Position numbers and translations under genes: made by a program. From positions 98,909 to 162,908 of the forward strand of contig JAUCBJ010001616.1 in NCBI GenBank assembly GCA_032718475.1: DNA of 64,000 nucleotides, in the 5' to 3' direction. The stretch comes from Nemertoderma westbladi. Its lineage: Eukaryota > Animalia > Xenacoelomorpha. The notes under the pieces are model-generated. The model was not told the origin of the DNA. It did no database searches and saw only the letters and a list, made by a program, of their open reading frames with translations. Below, in pieces: positions 1 to 11,015 of the stretch (position 1 is its first letter; each line of letters begins with the position of its first letter).

Positions 1-837
1 TCAACGAACCCTTTGACAATAGTTTAGTAAAGTAACAGAGATGATAAATAATAATTGTCACCAGTAAGCATTACAGATCTATATGGTCTTATGGTCAGGT
101 CAGGTATTCAGGTAATGCAGCATGCCGATCCTAGTAGTAGTACAGATCTTTTCACTGATTCTAAAAGAACTTTGGTACCCAAGTGTTTTGTTATACATCA
201 GATAGGTCCTTCCTATATATGGTATACAGACTGTTGTATATATTGGTGTAAACCCTACGCCGACCGATAATCAAAACCGACAAACATTATTGACGCTAAT
301 TAATGTTAATAATCAATTGAGGGAAAGGTACATCTTACAGTGGATTGTTATTCTAACCAAAACAATAAACAATATCTCATTGAGTGAATCAGTTACAGAT
401 TTATATTTGTCATTTGTCGGCAATGGTTGTTGGCTGTCGGTTATCGGCATAGCTTTTATACCCCATATTTATCCAGTTTTTTGCTTGGACATTATCCACT
501 TAATCGACCGACACTTCAATGGAAACAATTGTTCCTCTATTGATAAGCTACTTTCTGGAGTTTATTTCGAATATGGATAAGCCTGTCACTTGAACGTACT
601 GATCTATTAATCTTGCTAATTTAAAAGTTGTAAGAAGTTTGGGCAAGAAAACTTTATTGGAAACTTGATAAGTTGTTATCAAGTTATATTCTGATTATTA
701 ATTTATTATGACTAAGTAAGTAATTAAGTTATTAATCCTATTAAATCACCATTAATCCTTGCATCCCGCTCAAACCCCATTCTGCTAACTGCTAATAATT
801 GTTGTCTAATATATAATAACTGTTATATTATTTGCAG

Positions 838-960
838 AATTTGCATCACAAATGCGAAAAGTAATTATTAAAAATGAAGGATATCGAGAAAAATTTATGA
901 ATATGGGAGACGATCTACCTTATTCGTACTGGTTTATTTTCGAAGTAATAACCACAATAG
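838..960 (+). CDS. K2P (two-pore-domain) potassium channel, internal exon ending in pore 1
   Basis: Acceptor tttgcag at 831-837 and donor gtaggt at 961. Translates (E)FASQMRK...YSYWFIFEVITTIG; a phase-1 splice to 1107 rebuilds the TTIGYGD selectivity filter. Confidence 0.85.
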
Positions 961-1106
961 GTAGGTATGGGTTAATTAATAATACTGACGGATAGTTGAG
1001 AAAATAATTTGTGATACTTTTCTGTAGTAAATACTGTTTTTAATACATTCTAAATGAACAGAAAGAAATGTATATATATATACATATTTATTTGTTTGTC
1101 CTTCAG

Positions 1107-1717
1107 GATATGGTGACGTGATACCTGGTTCTGTGTTGGGCAGACAATTGACAATTGTTATCGCTTTGTTTGGTATTCCACTGATGATTTATACACTGAA
1201 TGCATTCCGAGGAATCCACACATTCATTGGTTATTGTCTAGACGAAGTTATGTTTCATTTAAAGCCAAAATGGCTAACAGTACAAATGAGCACTGCGATC
1301 TCGGCAGTCGTCCATATAGTAACTTCCTATTTGCTTATATTTATATTGCCAGCGTTGTTATTCAAACGCATGGGATATAATTGGACTTACGAAATCGCTT
1401 ACTATACAACATTTATAACGTACAGTACTATAGGTTTGGGTGATTACATCCCAGGGGATGAGGAAATACAGGAAACACCCGAGCAAAAAGCAGGATGGCA
1501 TTCATTGGGAATTCTCTGGTCACTTATGGTGATGATGGTGGCGGCATTGTCATACTTTTCGTCATTAGTCAACGCGTTAGCTGGTGGTACCTTGAGGCAG
1601 CATCTGGGGCTGCATAAATGTAAGAAAGACCAGAGCCAAACCACCAGCTATTTCAATAACATAAGTGTTGGTCAGGATTCTGTCGACGACGCTTATCTCT
1701 TGTCGACGATATCGTGA
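1107..1717 (+). CDS. K2P potassium channel, terminal exon (TM2, TM3, pore 2, TM4); GYG/GLG filter pair as in TWIK-type channels
   Basis: Acceptor cttcag 1101-1106. Reads GYGDVIPGSVLGR...ALFGIPL, then second pore YYTTFITYSTIGLGDYIPG and hydrophobic TM segments; stop TGA at 1717. Upstream exon(s) not identified. Confidence 0.9.
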
Positions 1718-1779
1718 AGTTTTTGATATATTTAAAAATTTGATGAGACTTCTAGTTTCCGAGATATAACAATTAATGT

Positions 1780-4700
1780 GTATTTGTATTTCCTTTCCAT
1801 TATCGGGCACTAATGACCCATGCTACTGTACGTACATTTTTAATATACTAAACGAAACACATAACACAAAATTAATTACGGTTGGACCCTACAATCTATA
1901 ATTAAATTCACAGTGACCGACAATCGACCAAAGAAAAAAAGAACAAAAATGAAACCAATAGAACTTCATTATACACTATCATTACAAAGTGAAAAATGCA
2001 AAAAAAAAAACAAAAAAAAAAAAATTTACGAGGGTGGATATTTATGGCCCAGTATTGCGAATATATTAATTATACAATATTACACAGATAGAAGTACTTC
2101 CCAACGGTCCCGTAAAGTCGAGGACGTACAAATATTAAAACAAACTGAAAGTAAATCGTTACTAGAAGACGCTACTCGCCTTGCGAACGAGCCTGCCGCA
2201 ACCCTACATATTGCTACAAAAGCATTAACTCGATTATTTACAAAAATTGTATCCGCGTCATCACAGCGACAATACTTAAAAAGTAACCTGAACGCAGTAT
2301 TGTAGGCTACACGGACCTTACGTAGTTCCTCAACTCTAAATATACTCCACAATGAAGTACAATAAAGACTGTAACAATAAGTTTTAAATAGCGCTCGTTT
2401 CACTGGCAATGAGCAACCGCCAAAGAAGCGTGCTAACTGGTTACCATGGCGATAAAGAGAACGCTTAGCAACCATCATATCAGACTCATCTGACAGTGAA
2501 CTACTAAGTATGTGTCCTGGATAAGTAAGTTCTTTTACGCAAGGTATTATTTTACCACATAAATAAACATCCCCAGATCTACCTAGTTTACATGGGTGAT
2601 AATATAAACACTTAGATTTACCGGGGTTATACAGAATATCCGGATCGATACCATACTTTTCACAGATTCGTAATAGCACTCTCAGACCCTGTATACTGGG
2701 GGCCAAGACACAAAGGTCGTCGGCGTAAAGTAAGTTATTTATCCTACTGGACCCAACTTTACATCCTACAGAAGCACGATTTAATAATTTACTCAAATCA
2801 TTAAGATAAATGTTGAACAAAAGAGGAGACAACAATGAGCCTTGTCGTACAGAGTTACCGACACGAAAAACAGCTGAGGTAGCATTACCCCAGGTTACAG
2901 TTAGCACTTGGTTAGTGTACCAGTAGAATAAAATACGTACTATACACACGGGTACTTTGAGATTTAATAATTTCTGAAAAAGTTTGTAATAATTAACCCG
3001 ATCGAACGCTTTACAGGAGTCTAAGAATGCCACATAAACAGGCGAGTCACGAGAGATATATAAATGAACTGTGTCTTTAAGAACATATATACAAGTCTCG
3101 GTACCCAGTCCTGGACTAAAACCAAATTGATTGTCGGTCAATTTCGTTTTTTCCTTAATTCTACCAAATATACAAGATTCAAACACTTTAGCACAAATAT
3201 TAGATATATTTATAGGCCTATAATTATCCTTATCAGACAAAGAGGCATTCTTATTCTTTACAATAGGAAACAAAGCACAAACCATAAATGAACTAGGAAG
3301 ATATCCATGCGTTAATAATGCATTAAACAATAACGATAAAATAACACAGAGGTTATCACCGGCATACATAAAAAGTTCCGGACAGACGCCATCGGGCCCG
3401 GCGGCCTTCCCGCCATTCAGCCCCTCGATAGCCGATTTTACTTCGCGAGGGGAAACATGAGTTTTCCCCTCACCATCCCAATTTTCAAAGGTTTTCTTTA
3501 GAGACGAGATATCTTTCTCGTTGACGTCAACTGAGTTAAAAATACGTTCATAATTACCACGAAACAGATCAGCAATATCCGCGTCAGAATGAGCGTCACC
3601 AACTGAAGACGCTCTAGGGATTCTAGAATTAGTTATTTTCTGGGTTTGACGCCAAAAGTCCTTATTAGAAGCGAGAAATGAATTGGCCAATTTATCATTC
3701 CGAATCTCCTTCTCTCGGGCTCTACAGTTACGTAGAGCCAATTTATATTGAGCTGACGTTTTCCTTTTTACTTCCCAAAGCAACCCCGTTTTAGGGTTTC
3801 CATTTTCCCGCCAAATACGGAAGGCCTCACGAGAGGCCTCTCGTTTTTCTTTCACAAATTCATTCCAACCGGGGACCACTGGTTTGTTAGAGCCCCCCGT
3901 TTTAGAATCCCGAAAACATTCCGAACCAGAATTTTTCAAAATACGCATAACATTATCATGTAGCAACTGAAATTGTAACAAATGTGCCTCGTTGCAACAA
4001 TGTACATCAGAACAAATAATTACTTCGTGGGGCAATATAATATCAGAAAATAAAACATTAGTACGATCGGCATATGCACGTTTCATGTTATTATCTACTT
4101 TGTCCCAGAAGGGGGCGCTATAATTCTTACGTGAGTCATTATTCAAATTATTAGTTCCATTACAAAAATTATCACTGCGAAAAAATAAATTTGAATGAAA
4201 TAGGCATATGATCAAACTCTGACACCTCATACAGTATCTTCATATCCAAAATTAACTTATGAAATTCGCAACTCGATATCACGTGGTCGAGCCAAGACAC
4301 GGTACCGTGTACATGGCTCGTGTATGTGAACGAGTTACTAGGTAACAAATGAGAGTCAGAAATATACAGCTTTTCACTGTCGCAAAATTTCATAAGTTCC
4401 TTGCCAAAGCTTCGGCGCGGGTCAGCGTTAAAGTCTCCCAATATACAGTTACTAGTAAAAGTATTAAAATCAATGATCGAACCACATTTACCCAATAATT
4501 CAGAGAAATGGTCCATATTATCGTTCGATTGGCACGGCATATAAACATTGAGAAAAAGGCTCTGTGGGCCATCCGGGGCGCCAACCCGCAGACCCATAAT
4601 ACGCTCCTCATTGAACTCCTGAAAATTAATATAAGGAGCCAATGGCTTGCGCCATAAAGCCGCCAAACCACCATGTGGCCTACCCACCCTCGGGCCGAGG

Positions 4701-4975
4701 GACAGGTCGACTGAGGAGACTCCCCTACCAAAAAAACTATCGTGGATAGAATTCAGTTTATGCAGATCTTGCTTTACCATCCAAGTTCCCTGTAAAAAAA
4801 CAATATCATGACTGTCTAGCAACTTAGTAACGTGGGGCAGGTTATTATCAATGCCATTACAGTTAAATGTACATATACGGAGCGAACTAGATATGGGTGC
4901 CATCACGCTTTCTGGGACCATAGAACGAGCCTGGGCCCCAATACTCGTACGGCTTTATGTGTAACACGCCAGTGT
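1780..4975 (-). mobile_element. 5'-truncated LINE (APE endonuclease + RT; RTEX-like, clade uncertain), inserted antisense just after the K2P stop codon
   Basis: ORF 4172-4921 has APE motifs (TFNCNG, GDFNA, LDH, FDHMPI). ORF 2080-4230 has RT motifs (NYRPI, KAFDRV, RQGSLLSP, YADD) and a PGWN motif. Element ends approximate. Confidence 0.9.
2080..4921 (-). pseudogene. LINE ORF2 (EN-RT) broken by one frameshift near 4170-4230
   Basis: Two overlapping ORFs in different frames together give a complete EN-RT protein; the break lies near an A6/T6 run. Confidence 0.85.
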
Positions 4976-5410
4976 AAATATTATTAATATCCTATTGAAT
5001 CACAGCTTATTGTGAAATTAATTAAATTATTCTGGAACATCACCAATTTGCTACTTACTTTTCCCTACTGTTCCTTTTGTTTGGCTTGTGTTATGTAAAT
5101 TTAGGTAGAATTTCCATGAATAAACATACATAAGCAAAATAAAATTTTGTAGACTTTTTTTTGTCATTAATAAGGTAATATAGAATCCAAAATATGTGGT
5201 TCGGATTGATTGCGAAATACTTATGGGTTTTTTGCTAGATTGACTCGACTATAAGCCTTTACATTACAATTGAGCTTACCCTGAGTTGATGACAGTATTG
5301 TAACGATGACAATTAGGCCCTATAGATACATACGATATATAAATAATGTACTGCTTGACATTACACTAACTGGCTGAATAGAGATAGAACTATAATAATA
5401 TAATAATAAT

Positions 5411-5642
5411 AGTAGTAATGGTTTACCCTATTTCTGCGACAGTTTAGTCCAACTTCACACCTTGGGTGTTAAGTAGGTCATTAATTAATTAACCAATTAA
5501 TTAATTGGTCGATTAAACAATTAATTAATTGTTTAATCAATCGATTTGTATCAAATAATGTTGCCAAAGGCAATTTAATTTGACACAAATCAATCAGATA
5601 GGGACGCGCGATGAATAAATTGTACTACAGCAAACGAAATAT
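5411..5642 (+). repeat. Left outer terminal inverted repeat
   Basis: Reverse complement of 11299-11527 (e.g. cacaccttgggtgttaagtag...atcagatagggacgcg...tgaataaattgtacta). Confidence 0.92.
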
Positions 5643-5644
5643 CG

Positions 5645-6240
5645 AGGCCCAAAACATAAATTACCCTCACACGAAAATAAAGTGGCCCCAGTTTGGCCCC
5701 GAGTCATCCCTCAATAATCTATGGCTGGTTGGGATCTTATTAGCCGTAGCATAACTAACCCAAACATCAATGCGTGAATGGGGCCTGCTACAGAGTTTAA
5801 ATTATTCAAACCCACAGCTTCGTTATTATATCAATTCATCCAAGAAATTAGAATAAACATCTGGTATGGCAATAGTTTGCATTCTTTCATATTGTGCAGT
5901 TTACGCATGCATTAGCTCAACAACAAAGCCCTACCCAAACGCCATGTGTCAAATTAATTCCCAACCATATCTATACCACAGTGGATACTGCAGTTTTATT
6001 GTTTGAAAATATGCCTAACCCCTCACGCGCCGTTGGACTCTTATTAGCCGTAGCATGACTAACCCAAACATCAATGCGTGAATGGGGCCTGCGTGAATGG
6101 GGCCTGCCACAGAGTTTAAATTATTCAAACCTTCAGCTTCGTTATTACATCAATTCGCCTAAGAAAATTATAATAAACATCTGCTCTTGCAATAGATTGC
6201 ATTCTTTCGCATTGTACTTTATGAAGCAGTCCACTCGCGT
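5645..6240 (+). repeat. Subterminal repeat modules (5645-5980, partial re-copy 6030-6240), inverted relative to 10108-10445 and 11050-11200
   Basis: Shared blocks such as gcccaaaacataaattaccctcac / gtgagggtaatttatgttttgggc and cagagtttaaattattcaaacc / ggtttgaataatttaaactct. Confidence 0.85.
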
Positions 6241-6816
6241 CTGACCGCACATAATTAAATAAGGCCCTCTTTTAATACATAAGTTATATACAGTTTATCT
6301 TAAATTTATTGAATTTGTTTTTATTTACAACCCTAATTGTTCTACCGTATTATAATTTATGTTTTATTATAACAAGCTATACCCTGTTAATCTTTATTAA
6401 TTTTATTTGTACTGAAGTTTTCGAGGGCGCTGTTTCCAATGGTCCTACTCTCAAAGCGATCTAACCTACTGTATAATTAATTACTTAAGTCTGCGAGGTA
6501 TGCGTAAGTAACAAATCTCGTTTACCAGTTTTCCTTAAAAACTATGAATCTATATTGCTTAAGAGTTCTGAGGGGTGAGCCATGAGGCAAGGTGTTTGAT
6601 ACTTTTTAGATATATTATTACTTAATTTTGACCCCCCAGACGGTATCTATTACAATATAGGCTATATCTTTTTGCGGAGTCACAGAGTAGTCTGAAGATC
6701 CGAGTCTGCTGCTAGAGGGTGAAATGTCTCAAAGTGAAAATCATACAGTAACTATGAATTGGTTGCTAGGCAATAATACTACATTTTGTATAGTTAGGCC
6801 TATTGCTGATCGAACG

Positions 6817-6900
6817 AAAACTGCCCTGGTCCATGTGAGGATCGAACCCACGACCTACTGGAGATGTGAATTCAAAGCAACCACTACACCAAGGTGGAAC
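6817..6900 (-). ncRNA. tRNA-like / SINE-head Pol III unit (left copy)
   Basis: On the minus strand: A box TGGTGTAGTGG, T-arm GTGGG-TTCGATC-CTCAC containing the B box, then TTTT terminator. No clear anticodon arm. Confidence 0.6.
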
Positions 6901-6968
6901 AGTAACGTTCGAATTTGTTCGTTAACGTTCGAATTTGTAAGACTCTGATTTAAGACCTGAGGCACTCC

Positions 6969-7550
6969 CCACAACCACAGCCACAGCCACAACCACAGCC
7001 ACAACCACAGCCACAGCCACAGCCACAGCCACAACCACAGCCACAGCCACAGCCACAACCACAGCCACAGCCACAGCCACAGCCACAGCCACAGCCACAA
7101 CCACAGCCACAACCACAGCCACAGCCACAACCACACCCACAGCCACAACCACAGCCACAGCCACAGCCACAACCACAGCCACAGCCACAACCACAGCCAC
7201 AACCACAGCCACAGCCACAACCACACCCACAACCACAGCCACAGCCACAGCCACAACCACAGCCACAGCCACAGCCACAACCACAGCCACAGCCACAGCC
7301 ACAGCCACAGCCACAACCACAGCCACAGCCACAACCACAGCCACAGCCACAACCACAACCACAGCCACAGCCACAGCCACAACCACAGCCACAGCCACAG
7401 CCACAACCACAGCCACAGCCACAGCCACAACCACAGCCACAGCCACAGCCACAACCACAACCACAGCCACACCCACAGCCACAGCCACAGCCACAACCAC
7501 AGCCACAGCCACAGCCACAACCACAGCCACAACCACAGCCACAACCACAG
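6969..7550. repeat. (CCACAG/CCACAA)n hexamer array
   Basis: Directly visible; inverted partner of 9157-9966. Confidence 0.97.
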
Positions 7551-7656
7551 CCTCACCTTCACCCACTTTATTGTTAAATACGCCTGAGAAAAATTCAAGA
7601 AACATCTGGTTTACAATAGATTATTCTTTTTTCACAACTCCATTCTAGCCTCCCTC

Positions 7657-7690
7657 TATAAAAGCCCCCATTCACCGCATTCTCATTCAT
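7657..7690 (+). promoter_or_regulatory. TATA box + initiator for the zinc-finger ORF
   Basis: TATAAAAG at 7657 and TCATTC at 7683 and 7687 (about 26-30 nt downstream); AATAAA after the gene at ~8928. Confidence 0.55.
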
Positions 7691-7803
7691 TCTCTAATTT
7701 TTATTTTTAAAAGTTTTATTTATTTTCATAAAAGTTTTATTTATTTAAAATTTTGTAAAATCATTCAGCGAAAATTCATAATATCAATTGACATTGCTAT
7801 ATA

Positions 7804-8562
7804 ATGCCTAGCTATGAAAGATGTTTGGTTTGTAATAAAGAAATGAGACGAGACAGTATATCCCGTCATATGAGTATACATAGAAAGGAAGGTGTAATGG
7901 AACCATTACCAAAGAAATTAAAAAATAATGATGATATTTTTAGTGAAGAAGAAAACAAAAAGAGAGTTGAGAGTGATTTTCTAGAGATTAAACAAATGAT
8001 GAAACATAAATTCGAGAAAATCATGAATATTTTGAAGAATATACAGAAACAGCCACATAGTGAAAAGGACGATGAGAGTGAGGAAGAGAATAAATCAGAG
8101 GAAAGTGAGAATGATGAAACGGAGAGTGAGATAGAGAAAGAAGAAAATGAGAGTGGTGGTGAAGAAAATGAGAGCGAGAAAGAAGTCGAGGAACATGAAA
8201 GTGGTGAGGATAATGACTCAGATAATGAGGAGATATTAAGACATGTATTAGGAAATAAAAATAAATTGCAGAAAATAATTAGACAATTGAATGAAATGCA
8301 GAAACATTCGCATAAGGAGAGTGATAATGATGGAAATGAGAGTGATGAGGATGAATCGGAGGAGAGTAGCGATGACAGTGAGGAAGAATCAAAGGAGGGT
8401 AGCGATGACAGTGAGGAAGCATCAGAGGAGAATGACAATGAAAATGGACAGAAAATCAGAGTAGGGAATGGAAAAGTTATATCTCCGGCAACTGTTGTAT
8501 ATCGACCTAGGATTATGAACAGTAACAGTCGTACAGTTAGTGCGAGACAGTGCAGAAGATAA
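7804..8562 (+). CDS. Intronless protein: N-terminal C2H2 zinc finger, basic NLS-like motif, coiled-coil and long Asp/Glu/Ser-rich tracts (element cargo)
   Basis: 252-aa ORF with CLVCNKEMRRDSISRHMSIH, PLPKKLK and acidic runs, flanked by TATA/Inr and polyA signals. Confidence 0.7.
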   Translation: MPSYERCLVCNKEMRRDSISRHMSIHRKEGVMEPLPKKLKNNDDIFSEEENKKRVESDFLEIKQMMKHKFEKIMNILKNIQKQPHSEKDDESEEENKSEESENDETESEIEKEENESGGEENESEKEVEEHESGEDNDSDNEEILRHVLGNKNKLQKIIRQLNEMQKHSHKESDNDGNESDEDESEESSDDSEEESKEGSDDSEEASEENDNENGQKIRVGNGKVISPATVVYRPRIMNSNSRTVSARQCRR

Positions 8563-8834
8563 TTAGACAATTGAATGAAATGCAGAAACATTCGCATAAG
8601 GAGAGTGATAATGATGGAAATGAGAGTGATGGGGATGAATCGGAGGAGAGTAGCGATGACAGTGAGGAAGAATCAGAGGAGAGTAGCGATGACAGTGAGG
8701 AAGCATCAGAGGAGAATGACAATGAAAATGGACAGAAAATCAGAGTAGGGAATGGAAAAGTTATATCTCCAGCAACTGTTGTATATCGACCTAGGATTAT
8801 GAACAGTAACAGTCGTACAGTTAATGCGAGACAT
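8267..8834 (+). repeat. 284-bp tandem duplication of the 3' end of the zinc-finger ORF
   Basis: tgcagaaaataattagacaattg at 8267 recurs as tgcagaagataattagacaattg at 8551; the copies are nearly identical and out of frame with each other. Confidence 0.95.
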
Positions 8835-9156
8835 TAATTATAACCGAAATATTGTATATGTTTGAAATATTTATTATATTTAGTCGTATTAATTATGTAA
8901 TTTCATAATAATATGCTTAATTAAACAAATAAAGTCAACTTGATCCTGAGTTCTGAGTCGTTTTGTGTGGTGGTGGGTAATTGTATTTGTAATTTTAATT
9001 TGTGTAATGGTCTAATATATATTATATATTATAAACCACTATAAATGATCAGTCCTGTCTGATCCTATTTTAAATGCATAATGAATGAGTAACCAAAACA
9101 TCAAATTAGTTAAACATTTTGACAACAGATAAACAAATATTCTCCTGTGGGGAGAA

Positions 9157-9966
9157 GTGGTGGCTGTGGTTGTGGCTGTGGTTGTGGCTGTGGTTGTGGC
9201 TGTGGCTGTGGTTGTGGCTGTGGCTGTGGTTGTGGCTGTGGCTGTGGTTGTGGCTGTGGCTGTGGTTGTGGCTGTGGCTGTGGCTGTGGCTGTGGTTGTG
9301 GCTGTGGCTGTGGTTGTGGCTGTGGCTGTGGCTGTGGCTGTGGCTGTGGCTATGGCTGTGGCTGTGGCTGTAGCTGTGGCTGTGGTTGTGGCTGTGGCTG
9401 TGGTTGTGGCTGTGGCTGTGGCTGTGGTTGTGGCTGTGGTTGTGGCTGTGGCTGTGGTTGTGGCTGTGGCTGTGGTTGTGGCTGTGGCTGTGGCTGTGGT
9501 TGTGGCTGTGGCTGTGGTTGTGGCTGTGGCTGTGGCTGTGGCTGTGGCTGTGGTTGTGGCTGTGGCTGTGGCTGTGGTTGTGGCTGTGGCTGTGGCTGTG
9601 GCTGTGGCTGTGGTTGTGGCTGTGGCTGTGGTTGTGGCTGTGGCTGTGGCTGTGGCTGTGGCTGTGGTTGTGGCTGTGGCTGTGGCTGTGGTTGTGGCTG
9701 TGGCTGTGGCTGTGGCTGTGGCTGTGGCTGTGGTAATGGCTGTGGCTGTGGCTGTAGCTGTGGCTGTGGTTGTGGCTGTGGCTGTAGCTGTGGCTGTGGT
9801 TGTGGCTGTGGCTGTGGTTGTGGCTGTGGTTGTGGCTGTGGTTGTGGCTGTGGCTGTGGCTGTGGTTGTGGCTGTGGCTGTGGCTGTGGCTGTGGTTGTG
9901 GCTGTGGCTGTGGTTGTGGTTGTGGCTGTGGTTGTGGCTGTGGCTGTGGCTGTGGCTGTGGTTGTG
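9157..9966. repeat. (GGCTGT/GGTTGT)n hexamer array
   Basis: Directly visible; reverse complement of the 6969-7550 array. Confidence 0.97.
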
Positions 9967-10035
9967 GGGAGTGCATCAGGTCTTAAATCAGAGTCTTACA
10001 AATTCGAACGTTAACGAACAAATTCAAACGTTACT

Positions 10036-10107
10036 GTTTCACCTTGGTGTAGTGGTTGCTTTGAATTCACATCTCCCGCATGTCATGGGTTCAACCCTCA
10101 CATGGAC
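10036..10107 (+). ncRNA. tRNA-like / SINE-head Pol III unit (right copy)
   Basis: A box tggtgtagtgg 10045-10055 and B box ggttcaaccc 10088-10097; inverted copy of 6817-6900. Confidence 0.55.
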
Positions 10108-10566
10108 TTGACACATGGCGTTTGGGCGATGGCTTTGTTGTTTAGCTAATATGCGCGTGGACTGCTTCGCAATACAATGCGAAAGAATGCAATCTATTGC
10201 AAGAGCAGATGTTTATTATAATTTTCTTAGGCGAATTGATGTAATAACGAAGCTATAGGTTTGAATAATTTAAACTCTATCGCAGGTCCCATTCACGCGT
10301 TGACATACAGTATAGGATTCGATGTTTGGATTAGTCATGCTATGGTTAATAAGAGCCCAACGACCGCAGATTATTGAGGGATGACTCAGGGCCAAACTGG
10401 CCCACTTTATTTTCGAGTGAGGGTAATTTATGTTTTGGGCCCCGATTGTGTCTTTATATTTCATTCTAGAGTATAACTCAACGTGGGATTCCGTGGGATG
10501 CTTAATCCTTCACGCATGCCATACCAAAAACTATGGTTCTGTTTGAAATGTTAAGGTGGACCTTTC

Positions 10567-10600
10567 TATATAAATAAAACCATGTAAAGTTAGATCATTA
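10567..10600 (+). promoter_or_regulatory. TATA box + initiator for the GTSF1-like ORF
   Basis: TATATAAA at 10567 and TCATT at 10595 (28 nt spacing), the same layout as the 7657 promoter. Confidence 0.55.
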
Positions 10601-10703
10601 TCTCTAAAAAATATTAAGCGAGGTTTTTCAAAGTTTTTTTTTTTTTTTTTTTAAAAAGTAAATCTAAATAAATTTTGTCTTTTGTCTTTTGTCTTTTGTT
10701 ACT

Positions 10704-11015
10704 ATGGAATATTTTATATGTCCATATGATGCCACACATCGAATTCATTCAGAAAAATATGTCAACCATTTAAGAAAATGTCGTAAGAACTTTCCCAGCG
10801 AAAAAATGGTTCAGTGTCCTTTCGAAGTCGCACACAGCTTCAGAGAAGCTGAAAAGGACCACCATCTGCTGTATTGCGAATATAGGAACAGGAACTCAAT
10901 TTTTCAGAAAATAAAAGAGGAGAAAAAAGAAGAGAAAAAAGAAGAGAAAAAAGAAAAAAAGGTAGAGAAGAAAGGAGAATGTTCGATGGCGTGGGGAGAA
11001 GAGGTGTGGGATTGA
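10704..11015 (+). CDS. GTSF1: GTSF1/Asterix-like protein: two CHHC (U11-48K-type) zinc fingers, charged linker, C-terminal W..EExWD motif; 103 aa, intronless
   Basis: CPYDATHRIHSEKYVNHLRKCRKNFP and CPFEVAHSFREAEKDHHLLYC match the GTSF1 pattern CPYD..H.I......HL.KCRKN.P...CPF...H.....E..HH...C. Ends AWGEEVWD. First ATG is at 10704. Confidence 0.88.
   Translation: MEYFICPYDATHRIHSEKYVNHLRKCRKNFPSEKMVQCPFEVAHSFREAEKDHHLLYCEYRNRNSIFQKIKEEKKEEKKEEKKEKKVEKKGECSMAWGEEVWD

Noticed and set aside
6817-6900. Functional tRNA gene
   Set aside because: A/B boxes and T-arm are present, but no convincing acceptor or anticodon stems.
7866-8722. Ser/Leu/Phe-rich minus-strand ORFs
   Set aside because: Antisense shadows of the acidic plus-strand ORF.
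6855-10111. Long WL-, VA-, CG- and QP-repeat ORFs
   Set aside because: Translations of the hexamer arrays, open in several frames on both strands; no sign of coding.
10689-10703. TTG start given by the ORF track for the GTSF1-like gene
   Set aside because: In a eukaryotic context the ATG at 10704 is the plausible start.
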